The notes below the pieces were generated by a model. It was not told the DNA's origin, searched no databases, and saw only the letters and a program-made list of their open reading frames with translations. Positions 25,404 to 37,782 of a DNA stretch of 64,000 bases are shown piece after piece. The position numbers and the translations under genes were made by a program. The stretch is taken from assembly GCA_051294905.1 (NCBI GenBank), contig CM119372.1, forward strand, positions 27,468,001 to 27,532,000, read 5' to 3'. The DNA comes from Botryllus schlosseri (taxonomy: Eukaryota). Position 1 is the first letter of the stretch; each line of letters opens with the position of its first letter.

Positions 25404-27065
25404 CTCGAGTCATGCCCCGAGCTTGGTTCGAGTCATGCACAATGACTCCAGTCCAAGTCGAGTCGATACCCAGATTGTTTCGAGTCGCACCGTTTCCGTA
25501 TTTTGAGAAAATGACTCGAGTCAAGTCGAGTCTTCAGAAAATGGTGACTCTAGTCTGGCCAACCCTGCTCTATATGAAAGTACCAATATCATTGACCAAA
25601 TGCATACGCAAACTTGAGAAAAAATCGCGAGACCAGTAAATTTATGGATACCGATTTTTCACGACAGTTATATTAGCTATTGGTGGCATGGTAAGCCGAA
25701 AACACAAATGGAAGTGTGGGGGTCTGTAGAGTCAAGCCCTCCAGAATTTGTTTGATTGGGACCAAGACCATTGTTTTTGAAGGTTTACAGAGTGTTATTA
25801 CAGCACTGCTAGAAACAAACACTTGGTACCGCCCGTCTTATTCTCTCAAGAGGTGTTTGCGCGGTAAAAATGACCATTTTTAATCATCGGGCAGATTTAT
25901 CCTAAGGGGGGAATTTTGGCTAAAATTTTGGTCAAGGGGGGCACGAGATGAAAAAGGTTAGGAACCACTGCATTAGACGTAACGGAAGCCGAATTATTGG
26001 ACAGCTTCGCCACCTATCATGTCACTTACGCCAAGCGATTCAAGAAGAGGAGGCCAGAAGACGGAGTCTCCGACAGTCTCTCGGTGTTACTTTGCTTTAG
26101 TACCAGGGAAGTGCCAGAATTCATTTCATTCAGATATCTCCGTTTTAGGACAAAACATTATGATCCACCCCCGACTAGGTGCTTTAAATGTTACCGCTCC
26201 GGTCACACTGCGAATTCGTGCCGCGGTAAACTTACTTGCGCGAAGTGCAGCAGTCGTGACCAAGAATTACAAGGATAGCCCTGACGCGAAAAATGCGTTA
26301 ATTGTAACCAACCGCATAGCGCAAGGTATGGAGGATGCTCCGTTTACAAAGAGGAAGCTAAAATTCAAATTCCTAAAGAACGCACAAACGTTTCTCTCAC
26401 AGAGGCGAAGGAAGTCGTACGATCTCGAACCTCTCAAACCACCGCAGCTAAGACACTGTATTCCGAAGTGGATCATCGTCGAAAAACTGCAGCCCGGTCT
26501 TCAACAAACAATAAGAAACAAAATTATTATACTTCACCTGCCCAAAACAACGGCGATCTTAGATATCTGTCAAATTCAACTGTCGTCCCCAACCAAATTA
26601 ATGAAGATCGACCGAAACAAACCACATCCATGTCCAGCTTGTATATCAACCCAATACAGCTGTTGCCGCATGTTGCGGAGGTTGTACAGCTAACGATATC
26701 GGCATACAAATCTGGAAACAGCAACATCTTCGACATCGTGGCGAAGGCATCGAGTAAATACTTCGGTTACTCTGTTGAATCCAATCTACTGCAGCAAGCA
26801 TCAAACACATCAGATCTCTCCGTCGATAAATCTTCCCCGGTCCCGCAAGGCAGCAACGTTCAATAGAGCACTCTCTCTTCTCCAATGGAACTGTCGCGGC
26901 ACATATAGAAAATTGAACGAGTTCAAACAATTTGTATCCACCCTAACTCTTAAACCGGATGTTATACTTATCCAGGAGATGCACCTCATCACGAAATACT
27001 CCCCGAAGCTACGGCGATACCATCTAAAACTATATCGACGAGATAGGACATTACACTCAGGCGGC

Positions 27066-27670
27066 ACAGAGGAGTGGGTCAAAACGAGCAGGCTGATCAG
27101 CTAGCCAGAAGCGCTGCGTGCCGAACCCCAGCTCGTGAGGTCGAACAAATCTCGCTGTCAATCAAGGAACTACGATCGCAAATCGCCAAACAGTGTGAGG
27201 AAAGATGGAATGATGAATTCACGGAATCAGATGATTATTCGCAATATCGCGAAATATTTGCTTCGCAAGCAATCCTGCCAAGCTGCAGCATATCCTCACG
27301 AAATATCTCATCAATTCTGATAAGATTGCAGACGGGCTACTGCAGACTCCACTGGCACCTTCGCAGAATCGGATGTCACAGCACGGGTTTATGCGATACG
27401 TGCGATATCGACGAGACGGTCGACCACTTTTTAATTCATTGCGAACGCTACTCGAACCACCGAGATCACTTGAAGACGACAGGGGCGCATCTAGTCATAC
27501 CGTTTCAGCTCACAAAACTGTTATCAGATCCACGGATTTTACTACCAGTGGCTGAATTCGTTATCCTCACCGGCAGACAGTTGTGACGCTAATGGATCTA
27601 TCAGACTCTTGACACCTGGTGTAAAAGGCCATAGTAGCCAAACACCATATGAACAATACTAACAACAACA
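27066..27670 (+). mobile_element. 5'-truncated I-group LINE copy inserted into the APE domain of the host LINE
   Basis: Open 170-aa C-terminus (GQNEQADQLAR...CDTC...ETVDHFLIHC), (aac)n tail, 11-bp TSD actcaggcggc. Confidence 0.9.
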
Positions 27671-29236
27671 ACTCAGGCGGCCTCGCCACATTTGTGCACG
27701 AGTCATTGTCATCCTCGATTTGCAATGGTTTTTAATCGGCGTGTTTTGAAATGTTATGCGTTACCGTTAGCGGAATCAACATCTGTAATGCATAAATGGC
27801 CCCCGACGTTGTCATCGGCAGCAACGATCTTGCATGCCTACGTCACGTTTCTTCTCGGTTACTAATTTGCGGCGATTTCAATGCCCATCACCTATAGTGG
27901 AGCCACTGCTCGAACGCCAGAGGCAAAGCGATGTACGATTCTCTCGACGAACACAACCTGGTTTTGTTGAACTCATCCCAGCCCACTCGTTTGAACATCT
28001 CCACAACGGCAGTAAACAGATGTTCTCTTTTGGACGTGACCGTAGCCTCTAGTGATATTGCCGCGCGATGTAACACTTCCGTTTCTGACACCCTCATAGG
28101 AAGCGACCATTTTGTTATCTTTACAACAATCAATGACAGAATATAACTCGCTCCTCGCGTAGACCACAGAAGTGGTTTCTTGGGAACACTGATTGGGAGG
28201 GGTTCTCAATCTGTGTCGACGATTCGCTATCGGGTGTACCTGAGGATGATGTGGAAACATCCAAAGACAAGATTCCAGTACCGTGATGGACACCGGAATG
28301 CGCCAGCGCCATCCGCCGCAAAAGAGCAGCTTTCAAAATGATGAAACGTAGTTTCGCCACTCGTGACGTCATAGAATATAAAAAGCGCCGCTCCGAATGT
28401 AGCCGAACTATATTACGATCAAAGCGCTTAAGTTGGGAACGTTTCTGCGTCACCCTCAACAGTCATTCTGGAATAGCGATGGTCTGGAAAACGATTGGTT
28501 CGATTTCGGGTGAATGCTGCTCCATGTCTATACCATCTATTATCTCGTAACGCCATATGTGACTTGAGCAAGGCAGATATGCTGGCATCGACTTTCGCTT
28601 CCATTGGCAGTTCCGAAAACTACGACTACGACTGACTTCCTGCTCACGAAAAGCGATTTCGAAAAATCACACCCCATCAGCGACATGGTTAAATGTAAGG
28701 AAAGGAAAGGACGTAGTTTATTTTTGTCCTTGATGTTTTTGCGGCATATACACCGACTCATGATACACATACACACGATCTGTGCATATGCATAATCTAT
28801 ATAGTCCTCTCGATAGACCATTCACACTACAAGAATTTAAAGTTGCATTACGGTCACGCAAAAGCACGGCGCCTGGAGACGACTCCATTTGCTATACAAT
28901 GATTAAACGTCTATCATCCGCTGCCGTTGTCAAGCTTCTTGCCCTTATAAATAGATCTTGGGGAACAGGATGCATTCCGGGGGCCTGGAAGCACTCCATC
29001 GTCATCCCAATCTTGAAAACAGGCAAGAAGCCAACTATAGACCGGAGTCCTATCGCCCCATCTCACTCACAAGTCACATTTGTGAAACTATGGAAACTAT
29101 GGTCACGAACAGACTGCGATGGTACTTGGAATCAAAAAAACCTGCCAAATAGATGCCAGTCGGGCTTTGGCCATGGTCGCAGCATGCTCGACCATATTCT
29201 GAGAGTTCTTGATACTGTTTCTAAAGCGAAACATAA

Positions 29237-30604
29237 CACTGGTCGGTTCGGTTATGACCTTAGGTTTTTTCAAATTGGCTCTTGTTGTGGAGATAACCCT
29301 TGGGGCTATTTTGACCAAAATCGATCATTTTCGCTGTAATGACTAGATATAAAATCGGCTCAGTCGTACTATAAAGTTTGGAAATTCAACATACTTGGTA
29401 TTTTTACACACAAAAGACTCTCTTAAATCGAAATACAGCAACAGCACTATATTTAGGGGTAATAGATTTATCATAGTTACGGACTTTCACGGATATCATG
29501 CAAATAATTAACGGACTTTCACGGATATCATGCACATAATTAAACTCCAGTCATCTATATAAGTATTTGCCTAGATACTCAAATAACGTGGCAATAATTC
29601 AATCAGTTTTTCGTCAACCACCTTTTGTCAATTTGTAATGATCAGCTGGAATATAATATTATTAATTTATTTTGAAGCACAATTGTTTTTTGTACGATTT
29701 TTGCCTGTAAGCTATTTAGTGCAGTTTCTCGAAAGCTTCCGGCAATGGTCTGCCATAATGTGTTCAATTGCTCATCTCATCTGCCCTGATATATTTCTTT
29801 TGTTGTTCTGATGTCTTGGTAGAACCGCTACCTTTGCTAATCAACAATATGATCAGGAAATATATCAAGATGACACAACAGGAAGTGAACTTTTATGCTC
29901 ATGTTTGTGCTCAAGTTTTCGATACGCGGATACGAATTTTCGGACCAGCTGTTTGTAGTTGGGTGCTTTGTGTTCATCTAAAAAATTTTATTTACTACAT
30001 CTTAGGAGAAATTACATGCAGCGAACTCATTCCTAATGTTAAATTGTAATCCTTCATCGGTATTCGAATATACCAGATTTAAGCTTCTCGTTTGATAGGG
30101 TTACTAGGTATGCCTACTTTGTTTACTCTGACTGGAAAATGGTCATTTTCCAGTCAAAAGAAAGGAGACGCATATGGGTATTGTAGTTAAGCTTTACAAG
30201 GACAAATTTTATAGTTTTATACTCCTCCTTAATCTTGGTAGAATGACCAATTGATACAGGAGATTATGTATTCCTGTTGTGCAAAAGTACAAATTTTAGG
30301 CTTGCCAAACTGCTTTTTTGACAAACAAATATTTCGCTAATATTGATAGAATCACTATAAACGACATGAGGGTTCTTCATAGTCAATTATCTATTTATGC
30401 GCAGTGTAGAATTAGAAAAAACTACGATTTTCTTCCTACGGAGTGAAAGATTTATGGGCTTTTTTAGGGGTATAAATATCTTCTGACAAAGAGCCAATCT
30501 GACAAAACTAATGTGATATTCGTAATCAGCAACTTCAAAAACCCCAGAAACGGCTCTCAGATGTTCTGCCTATAAATATTTTTTTTTCATTTTGTTGACC
30601 AGTG
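29237..30604 (-). mobile_element. Chapaev3-like (CMC) DNA transposon relic
   Basis: TIR cactggtc..gaccagtg; 3-bp TSD TAA; transposase remnant MSIKVHFLLCHLDIFPD..RFYQDI..YQGR..IMADHC. Confidence 0.8.
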
Positions 30605-31248
30605 TAATTGAAGGTCAGTTGCGGCAGTTTCTCTTGTTATAGAACGAGCATACGATATGGTTTGGCGAACTGGCCTCATCCACAAGCTGTCACAAATGGG
30701 GGTAAAAGGAAACATGCTTAGGGGGATCTCAGAATTTCTGAAAAACAGAACCATCCAAGTCCGCATGGGTAGCTCGTTGTCGCGACATCATATTCTAGAA
30801 AATGGATTACCCCAAGGTTGCGTTATTTCGCCATTACTCTTCTCCGTCATGATTATTGACCTTGTTACGGTTATCCAGTGTTAGCATGCCTTATTCGCGG
30901 ACGATTGTGCCATGTGGGAAAGTGAATTATCCGTGGAATCCAGCATCTCTGCGGTCCAGTTAGCCCTAACATCGATTCAACTGTGGTGTAAACAGTTTGG
31001 TATTGCCACACGAAATCGGTGGCGATGCTATCCACAAGAAAGCGATCACTGCCATCCGTGTCTCTACGTGTCGGCGGCACGCAACTCAACTTTGTCGACA
31101 ATTTTAAATATCTTAGCGATAAATTGATATCATATAAATACCATATAGAATATCTCGTAAAGAAATGTAGCAACAGATTGAACGTTTTGCGTCTTCTGAC
31201 TGGAACCTCGTGGGGCGCTGGCAAGAGTTCGCTACTAATAATCTATAG

Positions 31249-33805
31249 CAGTGGTTCTCAACCTTTTTCAAATTTCAAAAGATATTTGGCGGACCGGTGC
31301 ACCTCAAGAAATTGAAATCACCCCCAAATGTAATGTATATGTAGCAGTTTTTCTTCAAATATGGTGATAGAGCAGGGGTGGCCAACCATTTTGCTAATCA
31401 CGGCCGCATTTCGATTACTTATACGGCTCACGGCCGCATTCCAGGACATAGTTCCAATGAACTATCTATCTGGACACCAAATTCCCATGTTATACTGTCC
31501 ATGTCTGTTTCTGGCGAACTCGGGACTAATCCACTTTTTCATACCGTCTTACTATATCCATCGAAATCGCTACATAGGGGTCATGTTATGAGTCATGACT
31601 GGGATCGGTTATGGTCGCGCGAAGCGAGAAAATTGTTTCGAATTCACGAATGAATATCGTCGTTAATGTTCGTAGTTTCACATATTACTATCAAATATTT
31701 ATCTTTCCCCAGCCAAAGTGATCAGATTCATAGGTAGAGTTGTTGGAAGGAGTGTTTTCGAAAATTTAGAGCAGATGATGCGTCTCCGGCTGGAACAATT
31801 GTTAGTATAGTCATAATAGTCACTTTGGGCCGTGTTGTTATTTCTAATTTCTTGACCTCCTATCAGGATTGTCGGTATAGTGGAAAGATATTGGAATCTC
31901 CCAAACGTACCAGAAACAAATTTCTTTCGTGAGGAGCGCACGATTCCAAATTGTTATTTCTATATGGGGGGTGCATCATTTTCCTCCGCTGTTCGCATCT
32001 GTAATGTGGGGCTCATATTGCAAAGGGCGCTACGACTATATTAAAATCGAAAATGAAGTCGAATTGAATCGCGCCTATCGCGAAGAAAATTACAAGATTT
32101 AATAAAATATCTCAACTAATCCGGAGTCAATTCGTAAATTCAATTTTCATGGCGACGGCCGCCAGCACATACTAATTGAATTACGTGTGCACGGCCGCCC
32201 AAATTTCCTTCTACGGTCGCAGGTTGGCCACCCCTGTACTAAAGAGTGAAATTGTAAGGGTTTTGTTCGTGATTAAATATGTTTATGATGGTATTCATTT
32301 GATTTTACGGTAGTGTCTGCCAGTGTTGGGATGACTCGAGTCACCTTTTTCGTATGACTTGACTTGACTCGAGTCACTTTGCGAAAATGACTTGACTTGA
32401 CTTGACTCGGCCTATCAGAAATGTGGATTGACTCGTGACTCGGAGCAAAATTCATGAGTCAACTTCAAGTCATCAAGTAATCGGCTTTGATAAAAATCAC
32501 TGCATCTTGCATATGTTCGAATTGTTCGCCAAACGCTGAGAGAGCGACCAATCATTTAATGATCGTGCGTTTTACTGAGCCTCCATTGTTCTCTCACAAA
32601 TGAATTGACCGCAGACGAAGTAATCGAAGCTTACAGCTTACGTTGTCGTAAACTAGTATAGTAAAGTAAATTCTGTTCTCTGGTATTACCTTGATAACTA
32701 AACCTATTGTTTTATTGAAACTGAATTCGAATATAGTTTATATTGTCCTCAACTATTGGCGCTGGCTCGAATTGTATCATATCGATTTGTAAATGCGCAT
32801 TGCGCAATGTATTGCATGTTATCAATTCGTATCTATTCTCTATCTTCGCTGGTAACTATAAACTGAGGTTTAGCAGTTATACTTATATGTGATCGATGCA
32901 GCGCCTTATTGCGTGTATATTTAACTCTATATTCGTTCATCGGTTCAAAATCAATGACCACTCAATCTGTATTTCAGACAGCTATCAAAATGCAATGACG
33001 TTATCATGCCTAATACTTCGAAAAGGCAACTTGACTTGAATTGTGACTTGACTCGTGACTTGACTTGACTTGACTCGACTTGAATCGAGTCACCTCCAAA
33101 AATCGAGTGACTTGACTTGACTGGAGTCACCTTTGAAAATCGATTGACTTGACTTGACTCGAGTCAAAATGTGCAATGACTCGAAATGACTCGTGACTCG
33201 AAGGTAGTGACTTGATCCGAACACTGGTGTCTGCTAAGTGCTGAGTCGAGGTAATATTGACTTGCCCAGATAAACATAAGCTAATTTCGCGCCGAAGGCC
33301 GTGTATTAACCGACCGCGCAATCTATAGAATAATATTATTCTCTTCGTCAATATCAAGAGATAAAGCGTTTTGGAGTAGAACCAAGCACCTTGTCGAGCT
33401 ATCTTCCTCATTTCCCACTACTACCAGACGTAGCCTACTACGAGTGCAATACGCCGCACGATAACACCTAATTATACAGCGATACCTGGCCATCCACAAA
33501 CTTAAGAAATCGAGAACGAATGATCGTACGGATTGCGCGGTTTAGCGAGTCAGCTCATACTTAGCGAGTCCCTCATATGTCGTCCCCGGAGACAGCTTGG
33601 ATTTTAAGTCAAACCGGACCTAATCTTACCTCACGAAGTTCTGCATCAGTTTAAAATTTGACGTTTTATTTGTTTTACCAATGGACAAGCCTTCAACCTC
33701 TTGCATCTTGAAATTAAGGTATAAAATCTTAATATACCTCGCGGACCGGCAGAAAAGTGATCGCGGACCGGCACCGGTCCGTGGACCGGCGGTTGAGAAC
33801 CACTG
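31249..33805. mobile_element. hAT-type MITE in LINE RT with nested MITEs 31373-32236 and 32321-33226
   Basis: TIR cagtggttctcaacc..ggttgagaaccactg; TSD atctatag/atctgaag; inner TSD gtgtctgc. Confidence 0.85.
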
Positions 33806-34842
33806 ATCTGAAGGACAATGATGCGCTCACTTATCGATTATGGAATGTCAGCATACTTCTTCGCCCCGAAATCCCACCTAGTGAAGGTGGAGAAAATCCA
33901 AAACAAGGCCCTTCGAAATATTTGCGGAGCTATACATAGTACACCGATTTGCGCACTGCAAGCATCCTGCTGCGAAATGCCTCTGCACATTCGCCATAGA
34001 TACCTAAGCCTTAACTACGGATGTCTTCTGCTTAGTCATCCAGCGAGCAGCCACTCATCTCGGCACATTACCGAAGACTCGTAGCATGAAATATATCGTG
34101 TTATTAATCCGAGATTCAATACTTTCAACACGGTAACAAAGTCAGCTTGTTCTGAAAACATGGCGATCGAGCGATTCGACCCCCCTTCCCCTCCGTGGGA
34201 TTTACCGACTCCATGCGTCGATATCGAACTATCTAGGTTAGTTTCGAAACAGGACGTACCGCAGTACATCAAATGCAGGTGTCCCGACTTTTTCTACGAA
34301 AGATACGACGGATACGTTCAGATATTTACTGATGGTTCAAAGACTGTGAAGATGGTGCTGGACTTGGGCTCTACATCCCAGAATATTCGTATTGCTATAG
34401 TTGGGCTTGCCCGACTCTATCGTCCTCATTCTCAGCCGAATTGAAAGCTATAGTCTTCGCACTGACCTGGATATTACAACACAGTATTTCCACAAATCGA
34501 CGCTATGTGATATTTTCCGACTTGTCTTGTCAGTCCCACATACCCGTAAGCGTTATAAAGAAAACTTTCTCTCATTTGATATTCTTTCACAGATAAATAC
34601 TACGGGTGGCATGGTAACATTTTCCTGGATACCAGATCACACCGGAATAGACGGCAACGAGAAAGCTGACCAATTAGCTCGGGCAGCATCACGTCATTCG
34701 CTGGAACCCGGTATCGATATCCCGACCGTAACATTATCAGAGGCAAAAGCGGTCACCCGTCAGCTCTGCAGAGACCAATGGCAGGCCGAGTTCACTGCAG
34801 AGGAGGGAGGGCACCACTACCAGATGTCGCGATCATCTATAT

Positions 34843-35704
34843 CAGGGGTGTCAAACATACGGCCCGCGGGTCGCATCCGGCCCGCCAGACGAAGCAATTT
34901 TGAGTAGAATGAAAATTGCTCATATTATCCAGCACACTTATTGTACCAAGTGTTGAGAATTTATGTAGGAAATACCAAATACCTCCATAATATTCCCTAG
35001 AGACAGCAAACGTCGAGCATATTCATAGGCCACATTATAACCACCCAACTGCGGTGTTGTAGCCGGTGACATTGACACCCAATTTTGAGAAGGCAAAAAA
35101 GTGCTCACTGAGTTCATAGTTTTATAGGAAAATGGACCAAAAGTATCTATCCACAGAAACGAGAGCGCCAATGTGGAACCATCATATTTAGTTCACATTG
35201 AGAATATATTAGTTACACTTCAAATATCTGTAGTCGCACTGCCGTGTCACTTCCGACTCAGAAGACTCACGAGAAGCCGGAATCGAGAGATGATAGTATT
35301 AAACCGTACTCCAAAGTCTGCGTTTACAGTTAAATCTCTTGTATTCCTAACAACAAAGACGCATGGATAAGGCCATATCACGACTAAAGCAAATGGAGCA
35401 TATATAAATAGCTAACTAATATCGTCGTTGGCAACACAGTGCAACGGTTCATAACTGTATTCAACAGGTCCATTATCGTATTTTGACCAATTCCGTGTTC
35501 GCTAATAAAGGTGTTGCTACTTCCTGGAATAAAACCTCTATGGTCCATGATCCATACTTTTATCTATATATGATTGATATTAAAGGATTCAATCAAAATG
35601 CAAGGGCATAAGGTAACATTTTGGAATCAATTAACTGGTCCGGCCCGCAAGCGATTTTAAGGATTGAATCCGGCCCGCGACGCAATTTGAGTTTGACACC
35701 CCTG
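34843..35704. mobile_element. hAT-type MITE (same family as 7721-8270)
   Basis: TIR caggggtgtcaaac..gtttgacacccctg; TSD atctatat. Confidence 0.9.
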
Positions 35705-36236
35705 ATCTATATCAACAGTGGCGAGAGATTCCTGCTCAAATCGCCTATTTGAAAGAATCCTGTTTCGCTTCCAACCCGGTCACTGTCGCCTGGCGGCACA
35801 TCTGTTCAAAATCGGTTGCGCCGACTCCCCCATTTGTAATGTGTGTTACGTCCTCAAAACGGTTGACTACACACTGTTGCGTTGCATGAAATATGACTTT
35901 CACCGAACATTTCTTGCCGACGCATGTACCACGCTCAATATACGGCTTACTTTAACCAATTTACTTACTATGCCGCAATTATTTACCCCGGTCGCCGAGT
36001 TTAATATATCATGTAACTTGTATATATAGTTTGAAAGTTATGATAAACCTATGTCGCAGAGCACGAAAATTTGATCATTGATAACATATTTTGTCCGTGG
36101 TGCACAAGGCCAGAAACGGCGACACGTGCCATTTATATGCCATTAATAATAGTAATAATGTTAACTACAATAAGCCCTACTTGATTAATCTCTTGATACA
36201 GTCACGTCACTATTATTGAGGGCACGTTGGACTTAC

Positions 36237-36417
36237 TTCTCTGCAATTGGCTTGATGGTCAGATGTCCATCTTCGACTTTTATATTTTGTGTTCTATCCG
36301 TGTAATATTGAAGTTCGTTGTTGAACGCTTCTGGCCACACATCTATGCGCCATTTATCAGAGTTGAGTGATGTCCCATCGAACTCATCGGCATATACCAG
36401 ATGCCTTGCAGTACTTT
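36237..36417 (-). CDS. Exon 6: GH16 N-terminal part (LVYADEFDGTSLNSDKW...FNNELQYYTDRTQNIKVEDGHLTIKPIAE)
   Basis: GH16 motifs DEFDG and NNELQYY; acceptor tttcatag|; donor AA|GTAAGT. Confidence 0.92.
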
Positions 36418-36699
36418 CTATGAAAGATACTTTAATATTTATTCGGGTGTGACATATCCATATAGGCCAGGGCCGTTAGCATACGGCCCGCGGGTCATAC
36501 CCGTTCAATATAATTTTGCGATCCGTGTACCTAAATTCGGGCTGACAATTTGAAAATAAAATTATAAATAAAATTTGTATGACGGCATGCAGCAGTGGTT
36601 TTCAATCTTGGTGACCTCGGCACTTTCTTACAAGGAAATATCAAACTGAGGATCCTGAATAAAGATTTGGAAACCTGGTGACTAAGTTAGGCCACCAAC

Positions 36700-36948
36700 C
36701 TACATCAGTGGTTCAGTGGGATTACCAGTTAGGGATCAATGTTGCAATTTGTAGTAGGAATTCTGGTTTCAGTTATTGTAGGCTCTGTAATGGGAAATGT
36801 CGACCTGAACTTTTTCGTTTAATAAAGTATAATAAAGTATAATAAAGTATAATAAATATATAAGTTTTCTTCTTCCTGCAGTGGTGCTATTGTTAATGGG
36901 TGAAGATGTGCTCGTTTCTTTTGTGAAATTAGATTACATTGACTGAAC
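36700..36948 (-). pseudogene. Decayed Thr/Ser-rich pseudo-exon(s) of the stalk region
   Basis: Fragments SNFTKETSTSSPINNSTTAG and STFPITEPTITETRIPTT between splice-like sites, broken by stops and frameshifts. Confidence 0.45.
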
Positions 36949-37028
36949 CTAATCATACGTGAAATGTGAAACATACATTTATTGGTACATAAGGTTAATT
37001 TTCGAATGGGAAAGAACGTTTTACAAAC

Positions 37029-37121
37029 CGTCTTCTGAAGCTGTGGCAGTGAAAAATGAAATTGTGCTACTGGAGGCTGCAGTTACCGGTTCAGTCCGTT
37101 TGTCTAGTTCAGTCGCAGTTG
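37029..37121 (-). CDS. Exon 5: Ser/Thr-rich linker ATATELDKRTEPVTAASSSTISFFTATASED
   Basis: Poly-T tract, ctaac branch-point-like motif, acceptor atcag|; donor GACG|GTTTGT; symmetric phase 1-1. Confidence 0.6.
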
Positions 37122-37193
37122 CTGATCCGGTTAGCGTAAAAAAAATAAAACATATGAAAAGTTATGATATGACATTTCACACGTTCCACAAAC

Positions 37194-37279
37194 CCTCTTC
37201 TGTTGTTATAATCGGAGTTGCAGTTGTAATTATAAACTCCGTCCTTGGCTTAGTTTCAGTGGTGTGTTCTGGACACGTT
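37194..37279 (-). CDS. Exon 4: Thr-rich linker RTCPEHTTETKPRTEFIITTATPIITTEE
   Basis: Acceptor ccattacag|; donor GAGG|GTTTGT; phase 2 to 1. Confidence 0.7.
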
Positions 37280-37782
37280 CTGTAATGGAACATTGCATGT
37301 AAACAAGAGATAAGCGGGCCGTTGACGTTACCAGGGCCGCGTCAAGATATTCAGTGTTTTTAAGGTATTGATCATCGCCGTTGTCGTAAAAATCGGGCTT
37401 CGGCCATTTTATCACAAGATCGACAAAATCGGACATCGGTATTAGCCTACACCTTTCCCGTAGTAAAGGCTTGGACAGCTGGAGTACCTGGGGGATGCGA
37501 TTGCGAGTCAAGGATTAAACTTCAAGTCGAGTAACAAAGCAGGAATTCATACCAGTAATGAGGACCTGTTCGTAGAACGCTAAAAATGATCTATGTTCAG
37601 TCACAAGGAAAATTATGCCAGTTACATGACATCGGAATAGTTGCTACGTTTTGAACATGACTATTTCATAGCACTTTGAGGCGATGCCGCGGTTGGATCA
37701 ATTCACTACTTCTCACACCTGTCGTTTCCATAAACATGAGCAAATTGAGCATCATTGTACGGTAATACGATACGCTCTACTG

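Larger units (their letters stand above)
22515..25567. mobile_element. MITE with (gactcgagtc/caagt) repeats
   Basis: Termini caggg..ccctg; degenerate TSD ttatatat/ctctatat. Confidence 0.65.
21919..25970. mobile_element. hAT-type MITE in LINE ORF1 hosting three further nested MITEs
   Basis: TIR cagtggttcccaacc..ggttaggaaccactg; TSD cattagac. Confidence 0.88.
19330..36160 (+). mobile_element. Near full-length but decayed I-group LINE (ORF1 with CCHC knuckle; ORF2 APE-RT-RNase H-CCHC), split by many insertions
   Basis: ORF1 pieces rejoin across TSDs (VITGVPLD|VTEAE; CFKCYRSGHTANSC); ORF2 QWNCRG, APGDDSI, PQGCVISPLLF, IFTDGSK, WIPDHTGIDGNEKAD; (TAA)n-like tail near 36150. The 5' boundary is approximate. 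Confidence 0.92.
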
